A stretch of DNA of 64,000 nt from an uncultured Alphaproteobacteria bacterium (GTDB lineage Bacteria > Pseudomonadota > Alphaproteobacteria > JALCBB01). The position numbers and the translations under genes were made by a program. The notes below the pieces were generated by a model that searched no databases, was not told the origin of the DNA, and worked only from the letters and a program-made list of their open reading frames with translations. Positions within the stretch are counted from its first letter, which is position 1, and the number at the start of each line of letters is the position of its first letter. Positions 19,230-29,074 of the stretch are shown piece after piece. Location: assembly GCA_958267355.1 (NCBI GenBank), contig OY279575.1, positions 1,758,295-1,822,294 on the forward strand, given 5' to 3'.

Positions 19230-19454
19230 TCAAGACGAAGAAGGCGGTGCCGACGGAGTCGGCCGCACAGTGCGCTTGCGTCGCAAACGGCGAATCCGCC
19301 TGCCCGCTTCTTCACGCTCGCGCTTGCGCCGCTCGGACGGCTTTTCAAAATGCCGCCGTAGCTTCATCTCGCGAAAGACTCCACCACGCTGCATCTTCTT
19401 CTTCAGAACACGAATTGCTTGCTCAACATTGTTATCCCGAACCGATACTTCCAC
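19230..19454 (-). CDS. rpsU: 30S ribosomal protein S21
   Basis: [41 protein letters not shown] start preceded by GAGGT. Confidence 0.95.
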   Translation of the reverse strand: MEVSVRDNNVEQAIRVLKKKMQRGGVFREMKLRRHFEKPSERRKREREEAGRRIRRLRRKRTVRPTPSAPPSSS

Positions 19455-19652
19455 GGCTGTTACCTCTCTTTTGGGGGAATAAAAAACGCGGGTAGCTCCC
19501 GCGCCAATAGCCGCCATTCTAGCAAGCAAAAGAGCCGATTGCAAAACCAGCACACAAAGCGCAGACTTCAGTACAATCACCGCATAAAACCAGTAGCCAG
19601 TACCCCGTAGCCAGTGTCCGTAGCCAGTACCTAGTGCCCCGTAGCCCGTAGT

Positions 19653-20306
19653 ATGTCTGACCGCCTGACAAATCGTCTCTATCAAGCCGCACTTCTAGAA
19701 GTGCCCGAACACGGCTGGAGCGATTTTGCCCTCACCACAGCCCGTCGTCGCCTAGCAGAAGCAGGCGAAGACCTGCCACACGGAGCCGAGCGTTTGCTTT
19801 TTGCGAAAGGCGGGCGCGGCTTGCTGGAACGATGGCTCCAAGAACAAGCCGAAATCGCCGCCACGCAACTTATACAATCAAACATAAAAGGCACAACCCG
19901 CCGCGTGGAATTCGGTGTCATCGCCTTTTTACAGTGCCTAGAAGATGCACCTGCGCTTGCCTCCCGCGCCCACGCCCGATTGCTTTTGCCCGATGCGGCT
20001 CCGCTGGCGGCGAAGCTGCTGTGGCACATCGCCGATGCCATCTGGTCAGCCGTGCCTGACCCATCGCTGGATTACAACTGGTACAGTAAGCGGACAATCC
20101 TGTCAGGCGTCTTAGCCCGCACCCTAGCCCGCCACCAACGCGACAACTCGCCCAATAAAACACAAACCCGCCAAGAACTCACCCGCGATCTACAACGCGC
20201 CGTTAAAGTCGGCGGGACTTTGGGTACGGGAGTACAGCAAGCTTTGTCTCTTCCCGAAAAAGCCTTTGCGGTGGCTTGTCGGGTACGGGCGGGGCGAAAC
20301 CCTTAA
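19653..20306 (+). CDS. COQ9 family protein
   Basis: GWS and DAIW....[11 protein letters not shown] motifs; divergent from rpsU as is usual. Confidence 0.88.
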   Translation: MSDRLTNRLYQAALLEVPEHGWSDFALTTARRRLAEAGEDLPHGAERLLFAKGGRGLLERWLQEQAEIAATQLIQSNIKGTTRRVEFGVIAFLQCLEDAPALASRAHARLLLPDAAPLAAKLLWHIADAIWSAVPDPSLDYNWYSKRTILSGVLARTLARHQRDNSPNKTQTRQELTRDLQRAVKVGGTLGTGVQQALSLPEKAFAVACRVRAGRNP

Positions 20307-21484
20307 TCATCGGCTCCGGGTAAATAGAGCAAGGCACCGAACCAACGCCAGACTCCGCCGCCCAGAGGAAGAGTGCAGTTCAAGCGTGAGCGGCTGAGTG
20401 GCAAAGGCTCGTTGCGTAAAACTTTAATTGTGCGGTCTGTTTGTTCGGTCGCGATAGTGTTTCCGCCTAGATAACAGGTCAAGCCGCTCAAGCTGCCCGC
20501 CGCTTCGTCAATTGTCATTTCAATCGGCGGCGGCGGATTCTGCTTCAAGAATGGATCGCTCGGCGTGAAGTGGGTGACTCCCATGGGTTGGCTTTTGAGT
20601 GCCAAGTTTAAACGGCTGACGCTGGTGTGGGTTCCTGACATCGCGTAGCGGGTCAGGGCAAAGCGATTGCTTTTTGTCCAGACAGGGCCAGAGTGTTGGG
20701 CAAAAGCCGCCCGAAACCCCGCCGCCCGAATTTCTTGCTCGTACGGCTCGCTGTATTCGCCGTAGGGATAGGTATAGAGACGCGGCACTGCACCCAGCTC
20801 ACGCCGCCATACCTTGTTCGCCTGTTCTAAATCAGAAGCACGGGCGGAGACGGAGTAATTGACTAGGTGTCCGTGGTCGTGGCTGTGGTGGGCTAGGGTG
20901 ACAAGCGGGTCTGCCGCCATCTCGCGGACTTCCTGCCAAGTCATATAGCCGCCCAGCTTTTGTTCTAGCGGCTCGGTGGCGATGGCTAGGGTGAAAGGAA
21001 AACCATACGCACGAAAACGTTTCCACGCCACTTCGTAGGTAGAGCGGTATGCATCATCTATCGTAATCACAACCGCTCGCTCAGGAAGTGTAGCCTTGCC
21101 CTCTAGAGCGTCTATCAAGTCTGCGGCAGGGATAACATTCCAGTTGTTGTCGCGCAGTTCGGCTAAGTGGGCTTCAAAGTCAGCCAGCGGCGTATTGGTT
21201 GAAGGAATATGGTCTTCGCCAAAACGATGATAGACCAACACAGTCGCCAGCTTTTGAATTTCGCTCGCTTGTGCCGCCTGTATGGTGGGCGGTGGGCTTG
21301 GTAGGATTCCTATCGCCACAAGCCCTGCCGAAATCAGCAGAGCGAGCGGCACAAGGGCTAGACCACGCCAGCGGTTTATAGGCGAAGGTTTCATAGTCCT
21401 GTGTTTTATAGGCCTATGTTTTATAGGCCTATGTTTTATAGCCCAGGGTTTTATAGCCCAGCGGTTTATAGGTGAAGGTTTCAT
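20303..21484 (-). CDS. Polysaccharide deacetylase family protein (alternative start 21394)
   Basis: YHRF, ITIDDAY, HHSHDH and YPYGE motifs; N-terminal signal/TM segment. Confidence 0.88.
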   Translation of the reverse strand: MKPSPINRWAIKPWAIKHRPIKHRPIKHRTMKPSPINRWRGLALVPLALLISAGLVAIGILPSPPPTIQAAQASEIQKLATVLVYHRFGEDHIPSTNTPLADFEAHLAELRDNNWNVIPAADLIDALEGKATLPERAVVITIDDAYRSTYEVAWKRFRAYGFPFTLAIATEPLEQKLGGYMTWQEVREMAADPLVTLAHHSHDHGHLVNYSVSARASDLEQANKVWRRELGAVPRLYTYPYGEYSEPYEQEIRAAGFRAAFAQHSGPVWTKSNRFALTRYAMSGTHTSVSRLNLALKSQPMGVTHFTPSDPFLKQNPPPPIEMTIDEAAGSLSGLTCYLGGNTIATEQTDRTIKVLRNEPLPLSRSRLNCTLPLGGGVWRWFGALLYLPGADD

Positions 21485-21544
21485 AGTCTAAATATACCAC
21501 TCAAATTGAGAGAGGAAAATTAAGCAGTGAAATTAAAAGGCGGA

Positions 21545-21730
21545 AATTAACAGGGAGAAAATTGGCAGGGCAAAAAACTGATAGGGTAAAAAACTGATAG
21601 GGCAAAAAAACTGATAGGGCGAAAAACTGACAGGGTAAAAAATTGATAGGGCAAAAATTGACAGGGCAAAAATTGACAGGGTAAAAAACTGATAGGGCAA
21701 AAATTGACAGGATGAAAATTGACAGGGCAG
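21545..21730. repeat. Degenerate tandem array, 15-17 bp (gggcaaaaattgaca)
   Basis: Visible periodicity. Confidence 0.85.
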
Positions 21731-21798
21731 GCGGAATGGATTAAACTCTCCACATAAACAATACGCCGCGCAAAATCAACCCGAACACAGGAAGGCGT

Positions 21799-22458
21799 AT
21801 GATGGACTCTGCTTCCAAGCCAGCAACTTCTAAGCCAGCAACTTCTAAGCCAGAAACGCACAAGCCAGCGGCTCTTAATCAAGAGGGCTTAAATCTGCTC
21901 TTCCACGCAGGGCGGACTTTCAAAAAGTGGCAAAGCAAACCTGTGCCACAAAGTCTGCTGGAACAGGTGTGGGAACACGCGGCTTTGCCTCCGACAAGTT
22001 TTAATAGCGCGCCGATGCGGGTGGTCTTTGTTGTTTCAGACCAAGCCAAGGCAAGGCTGATTCCGCACTTGATGGAAGGCAATGTGCCACAGGTGCAAGC
22101 CGCTCCTGTGACCGCAATCATCGCCCACGACAACGAGTTTCATCAGCAGTTCAGCAAGCTGTCGCCGCATTATGATCCGTCAGGGTTTTTCGCGGGCGAT
22201 GAGAAAACAGAATTCCGCCACCAAACCGCTTTCCGCAATGGCACACTGCAAGGCGGGTATTTTATTCTCGCCGCTCGTGCCTTCGGGCTAGATTGCGGGC
22301 CCATGTCAGGCTTTAACAATCAAGGCGTAGATCAAGAATTCTTTGCTGGTACTTCGTATGCTTCTAACTTTCTGTGCAACCTTGGCTACGGCGATGATGC
22401 AGGATTGCATCCACGCGCTCCACGCCTGACCTTCGCTGAAGGTGCGTCTGTGGTGTGA
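21799..22458 (+). CDS. Malonic semialdehyde reductase / RutE-like nitroreductase
   Basis: PTS.N..PMR.VFV, AFRNGTLQGGYFILAARA.GLDCGPMSGF and NFLCNLGYG motifs. Confidence 0.9.
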   Translation: MMDSASKPATSKPATSKPETHKPAALNQEGLNLLFHAGRTFKKWQSKPVPQSLLEQVWEHAALPPTSFNSAPMRVVFVVSDQAKARLIPHLMEGNVPQVQAAPVTAIIAHDNEFHQQFSKLSPHYDPSGFFAGDEKTEFRHQTAFRNGTLQGGYFILAARAFGLDCGPMSGFNNQGVDQEFFAGTSYASNFLCNLGYGDDAGLHPRAPRLTFAEGASVV

Positions 22459-22620
22459 AGCCACGATGTAAAGCTAGAGTGTAAAGCTAGGGTGTGAAGC
22501 CACGATGTAAAGCTAGGGTGTAAAGCTAGAGTGTAAAGCCACGGTGTTAAGCTAGGGTGTAAAGCTAGAGTGTTAAGCCACGATGTGAATCTAGAGTGTT
22601 AAGCTAGGGTGTGAAACCAA
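22452..22620. repeat. Degenerate tandem array, 13-15 bp (gtaaagctagagt) beginning at the stop codon
   Basis: Visible periodicity. Confidence 0.85.
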
Positions 22621-22697
22621 GGCGCACAGACAAAAGCCCCATCAAGTAAAACCCCATCAACTAAAGTTCAATCAAGCAAAGCTGAATTATTCGCCCC

Positions 22698-23567
22698 GTG
22701 CTTCCCATACTTGCCCTAGATAGCGCAGGGCAAACCTGTTCTGTCGCTCTTGCCTATCAAGACTCAGCGGGAGCTGAAAAACAGGCAGAACGACAGCTCG
22801 GCTCCACGCGCAACTTTGAAACCCAACTGGTGCCACTAGTACAGGAAGTTTGCACCGCAGCCAAGTTGCAGCCACAAGACTTGTCAGCGGTGGTTATTAC
22901 GCTCGGACCAGGAAGCTACACAGGTCAGCGTTTGGCTCTTTGTTTTGCCTCAGGCTTGCGTGTCGCTCTTGGCATACGCAGTTTGGGTTTTACCAGTACG
23001 CTACTTGCCGCTCGCACTGCCCAGCGTTTGCTCGTAGAACGCGGAGTCAAGCACGGGCAGATCGCTGTGCTTTTGGACTCACGGCGGGCAGAACCCTTCG
23101 CCCAGTGCTTTTACTTTCAAAAGATGGAGCAAGATACGAAGCAAGGTACGGGTCAAGGGATGAAGCAAAATACGGAGCAGGGTACGGAGCAAGATACGAA
23201 GCAAGGTACGGAGCAAAATACGAAGGGGTTAGAGGCAACGGGAGAAATCGTATCGCTGGCACAAGAAGATCTTGCCGCTTGGTTGCAAGAAGCTGAATCA
23301 ACTGCTGCACAAACCACAACAGGCGAGTCGCTTTTCGTTTGTGGTGATGCCTTAAGCGATGACAAGCTTGCGGCTCTGGTGGCTCAAGCTGTGCCTAAGG
23401 CAGAGATTTTGTCCGCCATTGGACGGGGCAGGGTGGCGGAGCTGGTGGAGCTAGCCCGCGAGGCTATGGGTCAGGCCACAGACGAGCCTGACAAGCCGCT
23501 CCAAGCCGCCTATGTGCGGGAGCCAGATATTTCAGCTCCACGCCGTTCGTTTCTGGAAGGCGTATAA
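22698..23567 (+). CDS. tsaB: tRNA threonylcarbamoyl adenosine modification protein TsaB, with repeat insertion
   Basis: ILALDS...CSVAL, GPGSYTG.R, LDSRR.E and YVREPD motifs. Confidence 0.88.
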   Translation: MLPILALDSAGQTCSVALAYQDSAGAEKQAERQLGSTRNFETQLVPLVQEVCTAAKLQPQDLSAVVITLGPGSYTGQRLALCFASGLRVALGIRSLGFTSTLLAARTAQRLLVERGVKHGQIAVLLDSRRAEPFAQCFYFQKMEQDTKQGTGQGMKQNTEQGTEQDTKQGTEQNTKGLEATGEIVSLAQEDLAAWLQEAESTAAQTTTGESLFVCGDALSDDKLAALVAQAVPKAEILSAIGRGRVAELVELAREAMGQATDEPDKPLQAAYVREPDISAPRRSFLEGV

Positions 23568-23619
23568 TGCCAGCGTGGGCGGAGGCTTGAAATATAAACG
23601 CGGCTCGGTAGGCGTTGAG

Positions 23620-24282
23620 ATGGAACAATTTCTCAGCAACTGCCGAAAACGCGGACTGCGGATTACTCCGCAACGAAGACAGGTAATTGAAACCTTGCTA
23701 GAAGCACAGGATCATCCCGATGCGGCAACTCTGCATCAGCGAGTCCGCCGCCGCAACCCTACGATTTCAGCCGCCACTGTCTATCGCACACTTAATCTTT
23801 TAGAAGAAGGAGGAATTTTAATCCGCCACGATTTTCAAACCAGTATGCAAAGAAACGCGCAGAGAAATATACAGAATAATATTGAGGGAAATATACAGAA
23901 AAATGTAAAAGGAAATGTAAAAGGAAATGTACAGAAAAGTGTACAGGGAAATGTACAGAAAAGCGTACAAGGAAATGTAAAAAGAAATATGCAAGGAAGT
24001 TCTTCCGCCCGCTACGAGTTAGCAGGCGAGCACCACGACCATTTGATTGACCTGCAAAATGACTCCGTGGTGGAGTTTTATGACGAAGAGCTAGAAGAAC
24101 TGCAAGTCCGTATCGCCGCCCGACTCGGATATCAGCTCGTCAATCACCAGATGATCCTGTACGGCATTCCGAAAAAAACCAGTAAAGCTAGTGCGCCAAG
24201 TCCAAGCCGCAAAACAGCTTCGCCAAAACCAGCAAAACCACAACCAGCAAAACCACGTAAGGGAAAAACAAGCCAAAGCTAG
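23620..24282 (+). CDS. fur: Fur family regulator (Fur/Mur), with ~50-aa repeat insertion
   Basis: GLRIT.QR, DHPDA, IS.ATVYRTL, RHDF...RYE and HHDHLID...VVEF motifs. Confidence 0.88.
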   Translation: MEQFLSNCRKRGLRITPQRRQVIETLLEAQDHPDAATLHQRVRRRNPTISAATVYRTLNLLEEGGILIRHDFQTSMQRNAQRNIQNNIEGNIQKNVKGNVKGNVQKSVQGNVQKSVQGNVKRNMQGSSSARYELAGEHHDHLIDLQNDSVVEFYDEELEELQVRIAARLGYQLVNHQMILYGIPKKTSKASAPSPSRKTASPKPAKPQPAKPRKGKTSQS

Positions 24283-24335
24283 GAATTGCCGCTCCGCATA
24301 GCCCGTGGTATAAACGCATTACTCGCATACGCACT

Positions 24336-25835
24336 TTGACCTTGATCCGCACCTTTCACATTCGCACCTACGGGTGCCAGATGAACGAATACGACTCCGC
24401 GCGTATTGCTGACCTGCTGGTTGCGCGTGGAGCCGAGCCTGTGCCCACGCCCGACTCCGCCGACTTGGTGGTGCTGAATACTTGCCATATCCGCGAGAAG
24501 GCAGCGGAAAAAGTCTATTCAGAACTCGGTAGACTGGCACTTCTGCGTAAAGGAAATTCACGCCGCCCCTTGCTCGCAGTCGCAGGCTGTGTCGCCCAAG
24601 GCGAAGGCGAAGAAATCTTACGCCGCGCCCCGCAGGTAGATTTCGTAATTGGTCCGCAATCATTTCATCGCTTCAACGAACTGCTAGACGCAGAACTTGC
24701 AGACTCCACAGAAGCTAGCGAAGCCACAGAAGCTAGCGGAGCCACAGAAGTTACAGAAGCCACGCCAAGCACAAAAAACAAAAAACGCCGCAAAGAAACC
24801 CGCCCACGGCGTATGGCACTAGATTTTCCGCTTGAAAGTAAGTTTGATTTTCTCCCCGAAGAACATTTGCCCCGTGGCGTGTCTGCCTATCTTGCAGTCC
24901 AAGAAGGCTGCGATCGGCTGTGCAGCTTTTGTGTTGTCCCCTATACACGCGGGCCTGAGTTTTCACGGACTCCCGAAGAAGTCTTGGCTGAAGCAGACAG
25001 ATTGTTCGCCCAAGGGGTGCGCGAGCTAACGCTCTTAGGGCAGAATGTTAATGCCTACCAAGCCCAAGACGCACAAGGGCAGGAGTGGGATTTAGCACAG
25101 CTTTTAACAGCACTCCACGAGCGGGCTGACTGCTTGCGGCTGCGCTATACCACTTCGCATCCCTTGGCTTTGTCGGATTCCTTAATTGCCGCCCATAGAG
25201 ATTTGCCGAAGTTGGCTCCGTATCTGCACCTGCCCGTGCAGTCAGGAAGTGATAAAATTCTACACGCGATGAATCGCCGCCACACAATCGCCTACTACCA
25301 CGAACGAGTCGCAAGCCTGCGAGCCGCTCGCCCCGATATCGCCCTGTCTTCCGATTTCATCGTCGGCTTCCCTGGCGAGAGCGAACAGGACTTCGCCGCC
25401 ACCCTAGCCCTAGTCAATGATATTGGTTTCGCCCAAGCCTATGCGTTTAAGTATAGTCCGCGCCCTGGCACGCCCGCCGCAGAAATGGATGACCAAGTCC
25501 CCGAAGCCGTCAAGGAAGAGCGTTTGGCAGGATTGCTTCAACTCCTTGCCGCCCAGCAAGCCGCGTTCAATCACAAAAGCCAAGGAATGATCCAAGAAGT
25601 TCTGCTCGTAGAACGCGGCAAACACAAAGGGCAATGTAAGGGGCGAAGCCCGTGGATGCAGTCGGTGGTAGCGCAGATACCCGAAGAATGCTTGGGGCAG
25701 ATGGTGTCGCTGAAGATTGTGCGGTCAGCTCCGCGTAGTTTGGTCGGTGAGCCAGTTGCAGAGTCTAGGGCAGTAGGGGGTGCAGTAGATGGCGCAAGAA
25801 ATGGTGCAAGTAATGTGGGGGTAGCTTCACTGTGA
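24336..25835 (+). CDS. miaB: tRNA-2-methylthio-N6-dimethylallyladenosine synthase
   Basis: TYGCQMNEYDS, NTCHIREKA, QEGCDRLCSFCVVPYTRG (radical SAM) and HLPVQSGS motifs. Confidence 0.96.
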   Translation: MTLIRTFHIRTYGCQMNEYDSARIADLLVARGAEPVPTPDSADLVVLNTCHIREKAAEKVYSELGRLALLRKGNSRRPLLAVAGCVAQGEGEEILRRAPQVDFVIGPQSFHRFNELLDAELADSTEASEATEASGATEVTEATPSTKNKKRRKETRPRRMALDFPLESKFDFLPEEHLPRGVSAYLAVQEGCDRLCSFCVVPYTRGPEFSRTPEEVLAEADRLFAQGVRELTLLGQNVNAYQAQDAQGQEWDLAQLLTALHERADCLRLRYTTSHPLALSDSLIAAHRDLPKLAPYLHLPVQSGSDKILHAMNRRHTIAYYHERVASLRAARPDIALSSDFIVGFPGESEQDFAATLALVNDIGFAQAYAFKYSPRPGTPAAEMDDQVPEAVKEERLAGLLQLLAAQQAAFNHKSQGMIQEVLLVERGKHKGQCKGRSPWMQSVVAQIPEECLGQMVSLKIVRSAPRSLVGEPVAESRAVGGAVDGARNGASNVGVASL

Positions 25836-27073
25836 ATTCAGGAGTGAATTCAGGAGCGAATGCAGGAGTGAGTGCAGGAGCGAGCGCAAGCGCAGGCGCA
25901 GAAGTGAGCGCAGAAGTGCGCCAAACCACTTTCAACTTACGCTTCGCCGACAATCAAGCCGCCGCTTTGCTTTTTGGTCCGCACGGAGACCACTTAACAC
26001 TCCTAGAACGATTGCTAGATGTGCGGATTGTCACCCGCGGCTCTGCACTCGCCGTTTCAGGCAAAGCCACACAAGCACATACCGCCCGCTCCATTTTGGA
26101 TGGCTTATACAAAAAGGCAGCAAATGGCTCTGCACTCAACGCCGATGACATTCGCGCCGCCGCCGCCTTCGCCACAGAAAACATTTCCGCCGCTAAAAGC
26201 ACAGAGACTAAAAGTACAGAAAGTGAAAACACAGAAAGCGAAAGCACAGAAAGCGTGTCCGTGGCAGGGGCAAGTAGTGAGCCAAGCACAGGGGCAGATA
26301 CAGGGGCAGGGGTAAGCACGGGGGTAGGCACAGGGGCAGGGGTAAGCACAGGGGCAAGTACAAGCACAGAGATAAGCACAGAGATAAGCACAGGGGCAGG
26401 CAGACGCGCCTTGCCTTCCTTCGCCACACCCCGCCGCACAATCGCTCCGCGCACCCCAGGACAAGCCAAAGCCATGGAAGCCCTGCTCGCCCATTCAGTT
26501 GTCTTTCTGTCAGGTCCCGCAGGCACAGGCAAAACCTACCTAGCCGTCGCCGCCGCACTCGCCGCCCTAGCAGACGGAATCGTTGAACGAATTGTGCTCT
26601 GTCGTCCCGCCGTAGAAGCAGGCGAGCGACTCGGCTTTCTGCCAGGGGATCTGCGCGAGAAAGTAGACCCGTATTTGCGTCCGCTCTATGACGCACTGGG
26701 GGATATGACAGACGGACAAACACTTCGCCGCCGCTTGGAGCAAGGCACGATTGAAGTGGCTCCGCTCGCCTTTCTGCGCGGACGCAACTTAGCCCGCGCC
26801 TTTATCATCCTAGACGAAGCCCAAAACACCACGCCCGTGCAAATGAAAATGTTCCTAACCCGACTCGGCGACGCAAGCCGCTTAGTCGCCACAGGCGATC
26901 CATCGCAGGTAGACCTGCCCGCCGACCAAGAGTCAGGCTTCGCCGACGCTTGGCAACGTTTCGCCCACGCCCGCTGGCTCGGTGCCATAGCCCTACACGA
27001 AGAAGATGCAGTACGGAATCCGCTCATCGCAGAAATCTTGCGCGGCTATCGCCGCAACAAACAAGAAACATAA
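25832..27073 (+). CDS. phoH: PhoH family ATPase
   Basis: GPAGTGKT, RPAVEAGERLGFLPGDL.EKVDPYLRPLYD and DEAQN motifs. Confidence 0.93.
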   Translation: MNSGVNSGANAGVSAGASASAGAEVSAEVRQTTFNLRFADNQAAALLFGPHGDHLTLLERLLDVRIVTRGSALAVSGKATQAHTARSILDGLYKKAANGSALNADDIRAAAAFATENISAAKSTETKSTESENTESESTESVSVAGASSEPSTGADTGAGVSTGVGTGAGVSTGASTSTEISTEISTGAGRRALPSFATPRRTIAPRTPGQAKAMEALLAHSVVFLSGPAGTGKTYLAVAAALAALADGIVERIVLCRPAVEAGERLGFLPGDLREKVDPYLRPLYDALGDMTDGQTLRRRLEQGTIEVAPLAFLRGRNLARAFIILDEAQNTTPVQMKMFLTRLGDASRLVATGDPSQVDLPADQESGFADAWQRFAHARWLGAIALHEEDAVRNPLIAEILRGYRRNKQET

Positions 27074-27110
27074 CCCGAAGAGTCACAATCAGCAGGAGTC
27101 GCAGTCAAAA

Positions 27111-27869
27111 GTGAAAGTGCAAACCGAAATACGCATTTCTGCTCCTTCGTGGTATCGCTTGGGAAAGGATTTGCATCCGCTGATCCAGCGTTCCGTAGAA
27201 GCCGCTGTCGCGGTTGTGCCTGACTCCGTGCAACGCCACGGCACACGGCAAGGGCAAGGGCAAGTTCAAGGGCAAGGGCAAGGAAAAGTTCAAGGACAAG
27301 TTCGCGGACAAGGACAAGGGAAAGTTCAAGGGCAAGTTCGCGGGCAAGGGCAAGGGCAAGGGCAAGTTCGCGGACAAGGGCAGGAGATGCAGATCGTGTC
27401 GGTCGCAGTCTTGTTAGCAGGTAAGCAAAAACTCCGCGCGTTGAATCGCACTTTTTGCAATCAAGACAAAACCACAGATGTCTTAGCCTTTCCCGCCGAT
27501 CCCGCAGTCGCCGCCTTCGCCCACAAAGAACAAACCCTGCCGCTCGGCGATCTAGCAATCGGCTGGGAACCATGCCTAGCATCAGCAACAGCGTTCGCCG
27601 CCACGCCACGCCAACAACTACAGCATCTAATCATTCACGGCACTTTGCATCTGCTCGGACTCAACCACAAAACCGATTCGCAAACCCGTAGAATGCGTAG
27701 CCTAGAGTCAGCCGCGTTGCAGTCTTTGGCTGTCCCTGACCCGTGGCGGGGGCTAGATACGGCACGGGGTACGGCACAGGGTAAGGCACGGGGTAAGGCA
27801 CAGGGCAAGCCACGGGCAAGGACAAGGCGCAAAAAAGCAAATCTACCGCCCGCCCAATCTGCCGCCTAA
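27111..27869 (+). CDS. ybeY: rRNA maturation endoribonuclease YbeY, with Gly/Gln repeat insertion (start uncertain)
   Basis: LN..F...DK.TDVLAFP, LGD and HL.IHG.LHLLG..H motifs. Confidence 0.9.
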   Translation: MKVQTEIRISAPSWYRLGKDLHPLIQRSVEAAVAVVPDSVQRHGTRQGQGQVQGQGQGKVQGQVRGQGQGKVQGQVRGQGQGQGQVRGQGQEMQIVSVAVLLAGKQKLRALNRTFCNQDKTTDVLAFPADPAVAAFAHKEQTLPLGDLAIGWEPCLASATAFAATPRQQLQHLIIHGTLHLLGLNHKTDSQTRRMRSLESAALQSLAVPDPWRGLDTARGTAQGKARGKAQGKPRARTRRKKANLPPAQSAA

Positions 27870-27919
27870 AAATCCGCTTCGTGCTACACTAACCACACTT
27901 CGCTTGAGGAACCAATAGT

Positions 27920-29056
27920 ATGCAGTCCCTTACAAGTGCTTCCGATACAATGCGCCAAGCAGACGACTCTGCATCCGCGCTTGGAGGCGAAGACCCAGAG
28001 CCACCATCTAGGCTCAACCAACTTCAGCCCAACGAGACTAGGCACAGTGAGTCTAGCAATGGCGAGTCTAGCAGCAGTGAGTCTAGCAATAGTGAGTCTG
28101 GCAATAGGGAGTCTAAGCCCAATACGACTCCGTTAAGTGTGGCAAAAACACAAGCGCACGAAACAGCACACAAAAAAGCACACAAAAAATCACGCCGTAA
28201 AAACCCAAGAAAAAAGATACTGCGCGTACTGCATTTCTTCACCCGCTCAGAAAAACAAATATTACGCCGCTCGCTACTCTCGGTGCTGGAACATCTCCCC
28301 GCCGATACCAATATGCAAGCCCTAAAAGATACCGAACGCGCAATCTTAGAAAATCTTCTACGCCACCGCGACCGTGCCGTTGAAGACCATATGGTACCCC
28401 GCTCGGAAATCTTCGCACTTCCCGCATCAGCAAGCCGCGCCGAAGCCCTGAAAAATATGCGCTCGGCGGGCCACTCACGCGCACCCGTCTATGAAGAGTC
28501 GCTGGATAACACCAAAGGCTATCTGCATCTCAAAGATCTAATCGGACTCGGCGAAGCCAATGACAAAGACCACGGAGAAGACTCCATTCGCCAACTTCTG
28601 CGGCAGGTTATCTTTACCTCTCCCGCTATCAATAATCTAGACCTGCTACGCCAAATGCGTATGCGCCGCACACACCTAGCCCTTATCGTTGACGAACACG
28701 GCGGCGTAGATGGACTCGTCACCATAGAAGACTTAATAGAAGAATTCTTCGGCGAAATAGAAGACGAACACGATGTTAAAAGCAATCCGCCAAAATTACA
28801 GAAACGCGCTGATGGTGCAGTTTCCGTAGATGCACGATTCAGGCTAGAAGACTTGCCTGCGGATATGTACCAAGAACTCCGTGCCGATGCGGAAGAAGAA
28901 AACATAGACACAGTTGGCGGCTTCGCCGCTTGGGTCGCAGGCTATGTTCCAAAACAAGGCGAAACACTCACGCACCAAGCCAGCGGCTTGCGCTTCTACA
29001 TCAACGCCGCTGGACGCCGCCGCGTAACCCACTTGTCAATCGCTCCGCCGCAGTAG
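27920..29056 (+). CDS. CBS/CorC-HlyC domain protein (YbeX-like)
   Basis: MVPR, HSRAPVY and VDEHGGVDGLVTIEDL.EE motifs; lies between ybeY and lnt. Confidence 0.88.
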   Translation: MQSLTSASDTMRQADDSASALGGEDPEPPSRLNQLQPNETRHSESSNGESSSSESSNSESGNRESKPNTTPLSVAKTQAHETAHKKAHKKSRRKNPRKKILRVLHFFTRSEKQILRRSLLSVLEHLPADTNMQALKDTERAILENLLRHRDRAVEDHMVPRSEIFALPASASRAEALKNMRSAGHSRAPVYEESLDNTKGYLHLKDLIGLGEANDKDHGEDSIRQLLRQVIFTSPAINNLDLLRQMRMRRTHLALIVDEHGGVDGLVTIEDLIEEFFGEIEDEHDVKSNPPKLQKRADGAVSVDARFRLEDLPADMYQELRADAEEENIDTVGGFAAWVAGYVPKQGETLTHQASGLRFYINAAGRRRVTHLSIAPPQ

Positions 29057-29074
29057 CGGAGTTGCGCGGCTCCC

